Source: Minisyncoccota bacterium
Lineage (GTDB): Bacteria > Patescibacteriota > Minisyncoccia > Phycocordibacterales > UBA9973
Direction of reading: 5' to 3'
Length of the DNA stretch: 64,000 nt
Assembly (NCBI GenBank): GCA_041665925.1
Contig: JBAYHW010000004.1
Location: forward strand, 10,703-74,702
Shown piece after piece: positions 7,588 through 17,584 of this stretch. The notes beneath the pieces are model-generated. The model was not told the DNA's origin. It saw only the letters and a list, made by a program, of their open reading frames with translations, and did no database searches. The stretch's first letter is position 1. Each line of letters opens with the position of its first letter. A program made the position numbers and the translations under genes.

Positions 7588-7983
7588 ATGGAAAAAATTA
7601 AAAATAGTAAAGCTTTAGAGTTGAGTAATTTATTTTTCTTTATACCCTTAATTGTATCGTTAAGATACAATCTGTATTGGTATGCATTTGTGTTATTTTT
7701 AGTGTTTGTTATTTCTTTTAAGTTTCACTTCTCGGAAGAATTTGAGGACTTATATTATCTAGATGTTCTATTTTCTGTTTTCTTGATGTTTTTTAATGTG
7801 ATTTTACTTTTTATGGGTCATTGGACACTACCTTATAGTGCCTTCGCGGTTATCTGCGCCATAATTGCCATATCTTTTTATTTCCAAAGACTCGAAAACG
7901 ACTATGGCTTCAACCATAGTATGTGGCATATTTTTTCTGCAGGAGTTTGCACTTTTTGTCTATTAACTTTTATACTTAGTTAA
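7588..7983 (+). CDS. small polytopic membrane protein (hemolysin-III/ceramidase-like His motifs?)
   Basis: Hydrophobic ORF, H..WH motif near C-terminus. Confidence 0.3.
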   Translation: MEKIKNSKALELSNLFFFIPLIVSLRYNLYWYAFVLFLVFVISFKFHFSEEFEDLYYLDVLFSVFLMFFNVILLFMGHWTLPYSAFAVICAIIAISFYFQRLENDYGFNHSMWHIFSAGVCTFCLLTFILS

Positions 7984-7985
7984 AA

Positions 7986-9302
7986 TTATTTCTTCTCAAG
8001 CCATTCTTTATCTTGTCTTACCAAGAGCTTGGATTTATTTTCTTGATCTAGAAGTATAGCTTCTACTATCCGCTCCATGCGCATCCCTTGTGAACCTTTC
8101 ACCAAAACTACATCTCCTTTTTTTACAAAAGTTTTTATAAAATTCCCGGCTTCTCTGGAATCTAAAAACTCCAAGACTTTGTCTTCTTTCACCCCGGCAC
8201 CAACTTTTCTCGGATAAGCTTCTAGAGCCCCTGCTTTTATGTTCTTCGCCCGTAGGCCGACGACCATAAGCACATCAGTATTTTCTTGAGCAATTTTACC
8301 AATGTTCTTATGAGCTTCAATAGTGTGCTTCCCAAGCTCAAGCATGTCCCCTAAGATTGCAATTTTCCTTCCAGTACTTTTTATTTCTTTTAATGTCTTC
8401 AGTGCCGTCTCACAAGCAAATGGAGAAGAATTGTAGGTATCGTCAATAATTAGAGTCTGATTAATCCCCTTTAAGAGTCGCATCCGCCCCGGAGGAACGT
8501 CGTAATTTTTTAGTGCTTCTGTGGCTCCTAGGGTGTTGAATTTTAACCCTACAGATAAGGCAAGCGCAGCAAGAGATGCATATATATGATTGCGACCAAA
8601 AACTCCTTCAATAACTACTGGGAAACTCTTCCCTTCGTTGTCTACCCTGAAAATTACGCCTTCGGGTTCCCCCTGATTGTTGTAAGAAATACTATCTCCC
8701 GAACCCACGACGTCGGCCCCTTCGTGAAAACCATAAGTCACGGTGATATTTTTACTTTTTTCTTTCATTTGAAGTACAGCTTCGTCATCAGCGTTTAAAA
8801 CCAAAAGACCGTCTTTTTTCAGAGTTTTTATGAGTTGAGATTTTTCCTCAATGAGGTGTTTACGCGAATCAAAAAATTCAATATGGGCTGGAGTCTCCCC
8901 GATAGCTGTCATTATCACAGCATCTGTTTTAATCCAGGAAGCAGTCTTTTCCATATCTCCAGGTTTGCCTACTCCAACTTCGAGTATCAACCATTTAGGA
9001 TATTTGTGTGGCCAAATGATAAGCCACAAGCCTTCAAGCGTATTCTCTAACCAAGAGATAGGGTTGCTCCAGCCGTTCGGTACTCCGAGAACAGTAAGTG
9101 GTAAACCTATTTCACTGTTGAAACTTTTATCACTTTTACGAACATAAGAAATTTTTGACAGTACGGCATAGACTGCATCTTTCGTGGAAGTCTTGCCTAC
9201 AGAGCCAGTGATGGCTATAACCTTGGGCTTATATTTCCAAAGTACCAGCCGAGCTTCTATCCTTAAAATATACGTTATAATTTTTTTAAAAATTTGTTTC
9301 AT
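7986..9302 (-). CDS. murF: UDP-N-acetylmuramoyl-tripeptide--D-alanyl-D-alanine ligase
   Basis: Mur ligase P-loop GSVGKTST, position in dcw cluster. Confidence 0.85.
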   Translation of the reverse strand: MKQIFKKIITYILRIEARLVLWKYKPKVIAITGSVGKTSTKDAVYAVLSKISYVRKSDKSFNSEIGLPLTVLGVPNGWSNPISWLENTLEGLWLIIWPHKYPKWLILEVGVGKPGDMEKTASWIKTDAVIMTAIGETPAHIEFFDSRKHLIEEKSQLIKTLKKDGLLVLNADDEAVLQMKEKSKNITVTYGFHEGADVVGSGDSISYNNQGEPEGVIFRVDNEGKSFPVVIEGVFGRNHIYASLAALALSVGLKFNTLGATEALKNYDVPPGRMRLLKGINQTLIIDDTYNSSPFACETALKTLKEIKSTGRKIAILGDMLELGKHTIEAHKNIGKIAQENTDVLMVVGLRAKNIKAGALEAYPRKVGAGVKEDKVLEFLDSREAGNFIKTFVKKGDVVLVKGSQGMRMERIVEAILLDQENKSKLLVRQDKEWLEKK

Positions 9303-9306
9303 TTGT

Positions 9307-11022
9307 CTATCGATCTGGGGGAACGTCGTAGTAATTTAATAAAAACTTGGTAATATCTAAAAACGGCACAGTCCACGTAGTCGCTGCATACTGAACTTCT
9401 TTCGGGTTAATTGCGTACAGAAAAATTATAAATTTTGGGTCATACGCTGGGAAATATCCGACAAAAGAATGCGTATGCTTGTCTTCATAATAACCTCCAG
9501 AAGTATTGTCTGCAACTTGCGCTGTTCCTGTTTTTACGGCGACACTAAAATGTTCCAAGCCTACCTTTAATCCTTTATCCATGACCGTCACTAGCATTCT
9601 GCTTATTTCCTGTGCAGTGACTTTAGAAATTTTCGTTGGGATAGTGGGATATGTCATTTTCTTGGATGTGCCGTTGTTATATTTTATTTCTTTCACTACA
9701 TGCGGCACGACTAAATTCCCTCCATTCCCAAGAGACGCCAGGGCCCGCACAAGCTCTATGGGGGTAAGCGCGATACCCTGCCCGAAAGCAGCGTTAGCAT
9801 ATTCTATTTCGCGGGGGCTAGTGAGAATGTTAGAGACGAGCCCGCTTGTTTCATTTGGTAAATCAATTCCTGTTTTATCTTTAATACCAAAAGCGAGGAG
9901 ATAATTTCTTAAATTTATTTTCCCGAGTTTACCTTCAACGAAAACCATCCCTGTGTTCAAAGATTGATTGAGTACGTCTTGCATTGTTGTCCCAGGTCCA
10001 CGTGCCTTCTTGTCAAAGTTAAATATTTCCTTCTTTTCAACTATTACCGAACCTTTATCGTTATACTGCGTAGATGCCGTTAGAACTCCTTCGTTTAGAG
10101 CAGCAGCCATCACGAGAGGTTTCACCACAGATCCAAATTCTAGAACATTTTCTACTAAAGGATTAGTAAAAACAGAAATTTGTTTTACGTCTGAAAAAGT
10201 ATTCGGATCAAAATCCGGCTTTGCCCCTAGTGCATAAATCGATCCATCCATGGGGTTCATAATTATCCCTCCGATAGCGTCCACATTATATTTATTTTTT
10301 ACTTCGGTTAGCTTTTTTTCTAAAAAATTTTGCACCTGAGGCTCAATGGTGGTAACCAAGTCTCCCTCGGGCTCCGCATCCTCAAACAAACTTTTATTAA
10401 TGTTAGAGAAAACTTCCGCGAAGAAGTTCACATATGGATTATCAGTGTTGCGGGCTAAAGTAGAATCATACTGACGCTCGAGACCGTATCTTCCTCCGAG
10501 TTCATCCCCTTTGTACCCTACAAATCCTAAAGCGTGAGAAGCCATATTTTCCCCGGGGTAAAAACGCCATTTTTCTTTAAAAATATTTACGCCGGGAAGT
10601 TTTAATGCAGAGATGGCATCAGCTTCTGTTTTAGAAATACGATTAGCTATTTCTTCGTAAGGATCATTAACCTTACTCGCCCGAGCTATGAAATTATCGT
10701 GATCAATGGAAATAATTTTTGATAATTTTTCGTAAGTATTCTCTGGATCCCCCAACTTAGCGGTATTCAGAGCTATCTTCAGTCCAGAAGTCTGCGTAGC
10801 AGCAGAAACGAGTTGCCCGTCTTTGCGTTCAAAATATATTGTGCCTCGTTCGTATATGTTTGAAGTCGGAGTAGCATACTGTCTGTCTGCTGTCTCTCCA
10901 TATATTCGTCCATTTACAACTTGCACGTAAAAAAGCTTGGTTACAAGTATCACTGCAAACAAGACCACACAAAAGAGGATGATTCTGGAGCGAATCTTAA
11001 AACTAGATTTCATTGTTGGCAA
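9307..11022 (-). CDS. ftsI: penicillin-binding protein / FtsI transpeptidase
   Basis: SVVK, SLN, KTG motifs; dcw context. Confidence 0.85.
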   Translation of the reverse strand: MPTMKSSFKIRSRIILFCVVLFAVILVTKLFYVQVVNGRIYGETADRQYATPTSNIYERGTIYFERKDGQLVSAATQTSGLKIALNTAKLGDPENTYEKLSKIISIDHDNFIARASKVNDPYEEIANRISKTEADAISALKLPGVNIFKEKWRFYPGENMASHALGFVGYKGDELGGRYGLERQYDSTLARNTDNPYVNFFAEVFSNINKSLFEDAEPEGDLVTTIEPQVQNFLEKKLTEVKNKYNVDAIGGIIMNPMDGSIYALGAKPDFDPNTFSDVKQISVFTNPLVENVLEFGSVVKPLVMAAALNEGVLTASTQYNDKGSVIVEKKEIFNFDKKARGPGTTMQDVLNQSLNTGMVFVEGKLGKINLRNYLLAFGIKDKTGIDLPNETSGLVSNILTSPREIEYANAAFGQGIALTPIELVRALASLGNGGNLVVPHVVKEIKYNNGTSKKMTYPTIPTKISKVTAQEISRMLVTVMDKGLKVGLEHFSVAVKTGTAQVADNTSGGYYEDKHTHSFVGYFPAYDPKFIIFLYAINPKEVQYAATTWTVPFLDITKFLLNYYDVPPDR

Positions 11023-11359
11023 GTTTTATGCTTCCAAGTGGTCTACGTGTTGCGAAGACTGCTTCCTTTTCCTGGAACCCCATCTCGGACGACATAGCCA
11101 TGTCAATACTATTTGAAATAGATAAGTAAGAAAGCTCTAGCTCACTTACTTCGTTGGATAAAACCAGAGCTTCTTTTTCTAGAGACTTCCTTTCTACAAT
11201 GTTGAAAACCATATTCCCCAAAATGAGTGCATACAAGAGTGCCAGCCCCGAGAAAATCACTAGCATTCCATTTAAAGTAAGCTTCCCAACGGCAATATTG
11301 TTGTTCATAATATTTACGTTCTGGATTCTTGTCTTTAGTTGTAATGTCATTTCACTCAT
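11003..11359 (-). CDS. ftsL: cell division protein FtsL-like (TM + coiled coil)
   Basis: Size, topology and position between rsmH and ftsI. Confidence 0.55.
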   Translation of the reverse strand: MSEMTLQLKTRIQNVNIMNNNIAVGKLTLNGMLVIFSGLALLYALILGNMVFNIVERKSLEKEALVLSNEVSELELSYLSISNSIDMAMSSEMGFQEKEAVFATRRPLGSIKLANNEI

Positions 11360-11363
11360 ATTT

Positions 11364-12302
11364 TTATTTTGTTTTTTCTAAAATTCGTAACTTTGCACTT
11401 CTGGCTCTGGGGTTATTTTTTAATTCTTCAGATCCCGCTATTATTGGCTTTTTATTTATCAGTTTTGCTTGGCCTTCTTTTTCTAATTCTTTAAAAAATC
11501 TTTTTACTATTCTGTCTTCTAAACTATGAAAAGAAATGACTGACATCCTCCCATTCACCCTAAGTGCATTAAACCCTTTCCTCAAACCAGTCTCTAAGCT
11601 TCGAAGTTCATCATTGACTGCTATCCGTAAAGCTTGAAACGTTCGTGTGGCGCAGTGCACCCTCTCTCTCTTATATGCCCCACCCACTGCACCTTCTATT
11701 ATCTTTACTAAATCGAACGTGGTCTTAATTTCTGCTTTTTTTCTGTGTTCCACGATAGCTTTAGCAATTCTTCGGCTTAGCTTCTCTTCGCCATAACCAT
11801 AGATAATGTCGGCTATGCTTTGCTCTTCCCAAGTATTTACAATCTCCCCCGCTGTAATATCTTCCGGAAGAGGATTTTCCTTCATGGTCATTAAGAGTGG
11901 TTCATCGATCAAAAAAGAAAATCCTCGCCCAGAACTCCCCAACTGATCCGAACTTAAACCTAGATCGAATACAATCGCATCTACTTCTTGGGTACAATTC
12001 TTTTGCAACACTTCGTCTATATCTCGAAAGTTCGCATTGATGAAAGAAATATCACAATTCAAGATGCTAAACTTATCTCCGACTCGTTCAAAAACGTTTC
12101 TGTCTTGATCAAGGGCAATAATTTTCACTTTGGGAAATCTTTTACAAATTTCCGCCGAGTGCCCTCCACCACCGAAGGTGCAATCAAGTACAAACGAGCC
12201 TGGACCTAAGTTCAAACCATCTATTGTTTCTTTTAAAAGAACTGTCTTGTGTATGCTTTCCATAATTGTTGTTTTTGCAAACACAATTTTAGGGGATTTC
12301 AA
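11364..12302 (-). CDS. rsmH: 16S rRNA m4C1402 methyltransferase RsmH (MraW)
   Basis: VLDCTFGGGGHS motif. Confidence 0.9.
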   Translation of the reverse strand: MKSPKIVFAKTTIMESIHKTVLLKETIDGLNLGPGSFVLDCTFGGGGHSAEICKRFPKVKIIALDQDRNVFERVGDKFSILNCDISFINANFRDIDEVLQKNCTQEVDAIVFDLGLSSDQLGSSGRGFSFLIDEPLLMTMKENPLPEDITAGEIVNTWEEQSIADIIYGYGEEKLSRRIAKAIVEHRKKAEIKTTFDLVKIIEGAVGGAYKRERVHCATRTFQALRIAVNDELRSLETGLRKGFNALRVNGRMSVISFHSLEDRIVKRFFKELEKEGQAKLINKKPIIAGSEELKNNPRARSAKLRILEKTK

Positions 12303-12369
12303 GGCTATAGGCCAAGAACGTTATTTGGATTTTATATAAATCCGTCCCCTAAAATTATGTTTTCAAAAA

Positions 12370-12810
12370 TCATTTACCTTCAGCGAGCTTCTCTGCTAAT
12401 TGCTCGGCTTGCCTCTCCACGGCGACCAGATTCTCTGCCCAAGCCTTATCATTCCAAATCTCTACTCTATCCTTGACTCCGATTATGGCTGCAGTATCTT
12501 TTAATCCAATTCTGTCTTTCAGGAAATCGGGAATTAATATTCTGCCTATAGAATCGAACTCCACTTCTACTGCTCGGCCAAACATATATCTGTTGAAACT
12601 TCTTTGATCCGCTTTTAAGAAAGATAAATCTGTTTCAGAATCAGAAAGTTTCTTACTTACTTTCGCCCATTCTGTATTTGTAAAAATGAACAAACATTTT
12701 CCGAGTCCTGGAGTAATAATAATTTTCTTGCCTAATTCTTTTCGGAATTTTACCGGCATTGATACTCTATTCTTCGCATCTATTGTGTGTATGTATTCGC
12801 CGATTAGCAT
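12370..12810 (-). CDS. mraZ: transcriptional regulator MraZ
   Basis: Duplicated MraZ fold with DxxxR motifs; first gene of dcw cluster. Confidence 0.85.
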   Translation of the reverse strand: MLIGEYIHTIDAKNRVSMPVKFRKELGKKIIITPGLGKCLFIFTNTEWAKVSKKLSDSETDLSFLKADQRSFNRYMFGRAVEVEFDSIGRILIPDFLKDRIGLKDTAAIIGVKDRVEIWNDKAWAENLVAVERQAEQLAEKLAEGK

Positions 12811-12906
12811 TTTAATTAAAATTACTTAAAAATAACTTTTGCACAGATTTCCCACTTTTTCCCACTTGATTAACATTATAAACCACTATGCAAAATAACA
12901 CCAAGC

Positions 12907-12915
12907 TCCGCCTGT
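12907..12915 (-). promoter_or_regulatory. perfect DnaA-box consensus (TGTGGATAA = rc TTATCCACA)
   Basis: Exact 9-mer; second exact copy at 21952..21960 with identical 13-mer context. Confidence 0.4.
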
Positions 12916-13029
12916 GGATAACTCCGACGCTAGGCAAGGCCTAGGTCGGAGCCCGACTTCCCTTGAACGTCGGGCTTAATGGTCGACAAAACATAGGTAT
13001 TGTGGTTATATGAGTGCAAGGAGAAAGGA

Positions 13030-13176
13030 ATGTTCGAAGTTGACTGGTGGCTCTGGTTGCAGATTTTGGCTGGCTGCGTAGCAGTCGGCTTGACCTACCT
13101 CATGCTCCTTGGGGCATGGGTTGACCATCACAAAAAACGAAAGGAGGAGAATCACAAAAATACCCCGTCGGCCTAG
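13030..13176 (+). CDS. small SD-led membrane peptide (48 aa) in GC-rich island 3
   Basis: AGGAG 8 nt upstream of ATG 13030; single TM helix; not in ORF track (<60 aa). Confidence 0.4.
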   Translation: MFEVDWWLWLQILAGCVAVGLTYLMLLGAWVDHHKKRKEENHKNTPSA

Positions 13177-13230
13177 CCACGGAGTATCGCTATTTGTGGA
13201 GAAGTTTTTAAAAGATGTTATAATTTAAAT

Positions 13231-13548
13231 ATGGGAGAACCTTCAATGGAAAAAGGAAATTTAAAAAAGTTAGTTGGAATATCTGAATCTACTAGATTGA
13301 GACTGGCAAAATGGATGGGGTTAGGACCAGATACTCCTTTGGGTAACATAGTCAAAAAAGCCAGAGAAGAATGGGCAATGTTTTTTCCAGAAATTCCTGC
13401 ATCCTTCGGAGTAAAACCAAAAGGTACGGATGTTGAAGTTTTAAACGCTTTAGCCTTATTTGACGGAGACAGAACCTTAGAAGGAGAAACGGAAGAAATG
13501 AAAAGAATTCGCGAAGAACTCGCTGCTGAGAATATCTTAGAAAAATAA
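13231..13548 (+). CDS. hypothetical protein (105 aa)
   Basis: ORF with host-like AT-rich composition, terminated by strong terminator. Confidence 0.5.
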   Translation: MGEPSMEKGNLKKLVGISESTRLRLAKWMGLGPDTPLGNIVKKAREEWAMFFPEIPASFGVKPKGTDVEVLNALALFDGDRTLEGETEEMKRIREELAAENILEK

Positions 13549-13580
13549 AAAATCCCGAGATAATACTCGGGATTTTTTAT
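13546..13580. terminator. bidirectional rho-independent terminator
   Basis: atcccgag/ctcgggat stem, A-run before and T-run after, between convergent genes. Confidence 0.75.
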
Positions 13581-13589
13581 TTTATTTTT

Positions 13590-15050
13590 TTATTCTTGTT
13601 TGGGTCTCATTAGTGGGAAAAGTTGCGTCTCGCGAAGTGGTTTATCAGCTAGAATAGCGAAGAGTCTTTCACCGAAACCGAACCCGCACGTCGGAGGCAT
13701 TCCGTACTCGAGCATCTCCACGAATTCATCATCTTGCATCATTGCTTCGGTGTCTCCCTTTTCTATGAGTTTCTGTTGAGTTTCAAATCTATCTTTCTGG
13801 TCTATGGGGTCATTTAATTCTGAGTACCCATTCCCTACTTCACTCCCAGCAATTATCGGGCTGAAACGTTCGGTAGTCGTAGCATCAGCACGATTTAACT
13901 TCGCAAGTGGCGCTACTAAGACTGGATGATGCACTAAAAATGCTGGTCCAGAAATTTGTTTGCGGCAATATTTCCAGAGAGTATCGGTGAGGCGTTCTTT
14001 GTTGTCGCCATCGTATTTCACTCCGAGTTCGTCCAACTTCTTCTTCATATCTTTTTCACTCGCATTTAAAACATCTATACCAGTGAGTTCTTTTATTTTA
14101 GAAACGTAGTCAATTTTCTCCCATTCATCCGCTAGGTCAAAAGTGTGTTCGTGGTAAGTAAATTTTGTCGTGCCGAAAACTTCTTTAGCAATTTTTATAT
14201 ACATTTCACGCACTAACTCCATACCGTTTTCATAATTGGCATAACCCCAATAAAATTCCATATTGGTAAATTCTTGGGCATGTTCCGGACTCGTGCCTTC
14301 GTTTCTGTATGCCCTTCCAATTTCAAAAGTTTTAGGAAATCCCGCGGCCATGAGCCTCTTCTGCCAGAGCTCACCTATAGATATGCGCATAAATACATCT
14401 AGATCATAATCATTATGATGGGTCTTAAATGGTGTGGCTTCGGCACCACCTGTCGTCGTCTCTAAAGTCGGAGTCTCCACTTCAAGGAAACCTTTTTCCT
14501 TCATGAAGTCCCGAGTGACATCCCAAAATTTGGATTTCTTAATTACCAAATCTCGCAGTTCCGGATTCATTAAAATATCCAAATATCGCTTGCGGTAGCG
14601 CTCTTCTACATCCACAAGTCCGTGCCACTTCTCTGGGAGTGGACGTAAGCTCTTTGAGAGCATTCGCCAGTCCTTGGCCTCTAGAGTTTTCTCCCCACGA
14701 GCTGTCGTGAAAAATGTACCGAAAAGTTCTACGAAATCTCCAATGTCTACAACCTCACCCCAAAAATTTAATTTATCTTCGCCAATCACATCTTTCTTTA
14801 GAAGTCCTTGAAATGTCGCCGTCCCGTCAAAAATCGTTATAAAAATAATAGCTCCCTGTCCGCGAATAGACATTATTCTACCCGAGACCCATTTACTATC
14901 TTTGTTTTTTTCTAAACTATCGAAATTCTCTATGGCTTCTTTTAAAGATAGCTCTCTTTTAGACTCGGCCGGATAAGGATCAATACCCTTTTCTTTTAGA
15001 AGGTTTAATTTTTTAATTCTTAGTCCCCGGATTTCATCAATTGAAGACAT
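13590..15050 (-). CDS. lysS: lysyl-tRNA synthetase (class II)
   Basis: Class II motifs, FLEVETP, anticodon-binding N-domain. Confidence 0.9.
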   Translation of the reverse strand: MSSIDEIRGLRIKKLNLLKEKGIDPYPAESKRELSLKEAIENFDSLEKNKDSKWVSGRIMSIRGQGAIIFITIFDGTATFQGLLKKDVIGEDKLNFWGEVVDIGDFVELFGTFFTTARGEKTLEAKDWRMLSKSLRPLPEKWHGLVDVEERYRKRYLDILMNPELRDLVIKKSKFWDVTRDFMKEKGFLEVETPTLETTTGGAEATPFKTHHNDYDLDVFMRISIGELWQKRLMAAGFPKTFEIGRAYRNEGTSPEHAQEFTNMEFYWGYANYENGMELVREMYIKIAKEVFGTTKFTYHEHTFDLADEWEKIDYVSKIKELTGIDVLNASEKDMKKKLDELGVKYDGDNKERLTDTLWKYCRKQISGPAFLVHHPVLVAPLAKLNRADATTTERFSPIIAGSEVGNGYSELNDPIDQKDRFETQQKLIEKGDTEAMMQDDEFVEMLEYGMPPTCGFGFGERLFAILADKPLRETQLFPLMRPKQE

Positions 15051-15068
15051 ATTTAATTCGAAGAGATT

Positions 15069-15536
15069 TTAAGATACGCTGATGATTTTATAATTGACTA
15101 CCCCGTTTGGAGTTTTGAAGGAAACACTGTCTCCTTTCTTTTTTCCAAACAACGCAACTCCTACTGGAGAATGGTTAGAAATTTTTCCAAGTGTCATATC
15201 TGCCTCTTCACTTCCTACTATAACATATTTTTTTTCTTCTTGAGTGCCTTCCTTTTGCACAACTACCTTGGAGCCTATTTCAATTATATCTCCACCGCCG
15301 CCTTTAACAGTCTGTGCATCTTGCAGTATCTTTTCAATTTTCAGAATGCGTGCTTCTAGCTTACCCTGCTCTTCACGGGTTTGATGATATTCGGCGTTCT
15401 CTGATAAGTCTCCCAGGGACTTGGCATACTCTAAATTGGCCAAAATTTCTTTTCTTTTTGGGCCTTTTAAGTCAACAAGCTCGGCTTCTAGAGCTCGTCT
15501 TTTTTCTATTGTTATATAATCTCCAGCTTGGTTCAT
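15069..15536 (-). CDS. greA: transcription elongation factor GreA
   Basis: N-terminal coiled coil plus FKBP-like C-domain. Confidence 0.85.
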   Translation of the reverse strand: MNQAGDYITIEKRRALEAELVDLKGPKRKEILANLEYAKSLGDLSENAEYHQTREEQGKLEARILKIEKILQDAQTVKGGGGDIIEIGSKVVVQKEGTQEEKKYVIVGSEEADMTLGKISNHSPVGVALFGKKKGDSVSFKTPNGVVNYKIISVS

Positions 15537-15672
15537 CCTATTTATTTAATATTGTAATTAAAAACGATTAAATCCCGCTAACGGGATTCATAGATAGCTT
15601 ATATTAAACTTTTTTAATAAAAAGTCAATGACTCCTTGCTAAAAATCTTTTTTATGATAACCTTAGGTTCAT

Positions 15673-15906
15673 ATGGCTAAAACAGTAATCGAAGTGAAGA
15701 AAAACCCAAATGAAAATAATTCAAGTATTTTGCGTCGTTTTTCACGCAGAATCCAAGAGTCCGGCATTATCCGCAAGGTTAAGGGTGCCCGCTATAATGT
15801 TCGTAAGGAGTCTAAGCTTAAATTAAAAAAGAGTGCTTTGAAGAGAATGGGGCGCAGGAAAGAGATAGAGAAACTCAAGAAACTAGGAAAAATGGTGACC
15901 AAGTAA
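15673..15906 (+). CDS. rpsU: ribosomal protein S21
   Basis: Basic 77-aa protein with S21-like RRF.RR and KRMGRRKE motifs. Confidence 0.7.
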   Translation: MAKTVIEVKKNPNENNSSILRRFSRRIQESGIIRKVKGARYNVRKESKLKLKKSALKRMGRRKEIEKLKKLGKMVTK

Positions 15907-15909
15907 TAA

Positions 15910-16248
15910 ATGGACCGTAAGTTTTCTAAAATCAAAAATGACATTTTAGGGAAAGACTATTCCCTATCTATCGCCTTCGTAAGTGAGAAAAAATCTAGAG
16001 AATTAAATAAGAAATATAGGAAAAAAGACAGGGCTACAAATGTTTTGTCTTTTGCATTACGTAAAAATGAAGGAGAACTGGTCTTATGTAAAGCTGTGAT
16101 AAAAAAAGAAGCAAGAGATTTTGGAAAAACTTTTGCTCAATTCTTGGGATTTTTAGTTATCCACGGAATGCTACACCTAAAAGGCTACGATCATGGAAAA
16201 AAAATGGAACGATTAGAAGAAAAATACTTGTCCCGTACTAAATTTTAA
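15910..16248 (+). CDS. ybeY: rRNA maturation endoribonuclease YbeY
   Basis: H-x3-H-x5-H motif HGMLHLKGYDH. Confidence 0.85.
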   Translation: MDRKFSKIKNDILGKDYSLSIAFVSEKKSRELNKKYRKKDRATNVLSFALRKNEGELVLCKAVIKKEARDFGKTFAQFLGFLVIHGMLHLKGYDHGKKMERLEEKYLSRTKF

Positions 16249-16299
16249 AATAAGTGATATAATATTGATATTAGAATTTAAAATTTTAGTATCGGGATG
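16226..16299 (+). repeat. start-codon-embedded inverted-repeat element, subfamily A (arms ACTTGTCCCGTACTAAATTTT / AAAATTTTAGTATCGGGATG; ATG = ftsA start)
   Basis: Left arm identical 21-mer to 171..191; right arm contains ATG 16297. Confidence 0.7.
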
Positions 16300-17460
16300 A
16301 TCAGAAATATTTCTATCGGAATAGACGTAGGCTCACAAACGACACGAGTCGTGGTGGGAGAGTTTCTAAAAGGAGAAAAAAATCCTAAAATAATTGGCGC
16401 GGGAGAAACGCCGACTTTAGGAATGCGACATGGCTATGTTACAAATTCAGATCTCGCTGCTACTTCTATCAAAACTGCAGTCGAACAAGCGGAGAAATCT
16501 TCGGGAATAAAAATAAAGAAAGCCTTCATATCCATTTCGAGCACTTCCTTGCGCGGAGAAATGAGTGGCGGAGAAACTATTGTTTCTAAAGCTGATGGCG
16601 AAGTTACGAGCTTGGATATAAATAAAGCTCTCCAGGATTGTGAAGATAATTTAAACATAGGCAACAAAAAAGTTATCCATGTATACCCGGTGTCTTTCCG
16701 CCTGGATGGGAAGGAGGTGGAGGGACGCATGGAAGGTATGCGAGGCACGAAAATTGAGGCCAAGGCCCTTTTTATCACGTATTCTATAGTTCATTTAGAA
16801 GACCTGCTTGGAGCCATAGCTGAGGCTGGAGTAGAGACCCTAGACGTCATAGCCTCCCCTGTAGCGATAAGCAACATTGCCCTTACTGAAAAACAAAAAA
16901 TTGTAGGAGTCGCTCTAGTAGACATCGGCGCAGAGAAGACGACGTTGTCTGTCTTTGAAGATGGAAAATTAATTTCTATGAATACTTATTCTATCGGTGG
17001 CACAGAAGTTACGAACGATATCGCTCTCGGATTTAAAATTACTCTGGATAAAGCAGACGCTCTCAAACTGGGAAATGCTACCGAAGAATTTTCAAAGAAA
17101 AAACTTGATGAAATCATTGAGGCACGTCTGTGTGATATTTTCGAATCAATAGAAAATAGTTTAAAGAAAATGAAACGCTCAGAACTCTTACCGGCTGGAG
17201 TTGTCTTCGTCGGAGGAGGATCAAGTACGCCAGGACTTATAGAATTATCTAAATCAGAGCTTAAACTCCCTTCAAGTATCGGGATGACAGATATTTTCGG
17301 CACCTCTAAGACTAAGCTCCGCGACCCATCTTGGTTTAATGTTCTTGGACTACTAACTTCCGGTAAGGACAATGGAGGGCAGTCTGATAGCTCCCTAAAT
17401 AACCTTTTTAAAGATCTTAAAAATACAATAAAATCAAGCATAAAACAGTTAATGCCGTAA
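16297..17460 (+). CDS. ftsA: cell division protein FtsA
   Basis: Actin-like ATPase motifs, followed by ftsZ. Confidence 0.85.
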   Translation: MIRNISIGIDVGSQTTRVVVGEFLKGEKNPKIIGAGETPTLGMRHGYVTNSDLAATSIKTAVEQAEKSSGIKIKKAFISISSTSLRGEMSGGETIVSKADGEVTSLDINKALQDCEDNLNIGNKKVIHVYPVSFRLDGKEVEGRMEGMRGTKIEAKALFITYSIVHLEDLLGAIAEAGVETLDVIASPVAISNIALTEKQKIVGVALVDIGAEKTTLSVFEDGKLISMNTYSIGGTEVTNDIALGFKITLDKADALKLGNATEEFSKKKLDEIIEARLCDIFESIENSLKKMKRSELLPAGVVFVGGGSSTPGLIELSKSELKLPSSIGMTDIFGTSKTKLRDPSWFNVLGLLTSGKDNGGQSDSSLNNLFKDLKNTIKSSIKQLMP

Positions 17461-17584
17461 GCATTGGGGGTAAAAAATTTATTAGCATTTTATAAATTTT
17501 TCCACGAAAAAAGTGGAAATTTGCTTTTTTCCATCCTAGTGCTAGTATGATTTCATATAAGTTAAATCTTTAATAAACAAAATT

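Noticed and set aside
12906-12918. Shared 13-mer ctgtggataactc (12906 and 21951) as evidence of a larger repeated element
   Set aside because: By a rough birthday estimate, tens of 13-mer matches are expected by chance within 64 kb on two strands, and the flanking sequence diverges immediately. Only the DnaA-box content is retained as an observation.
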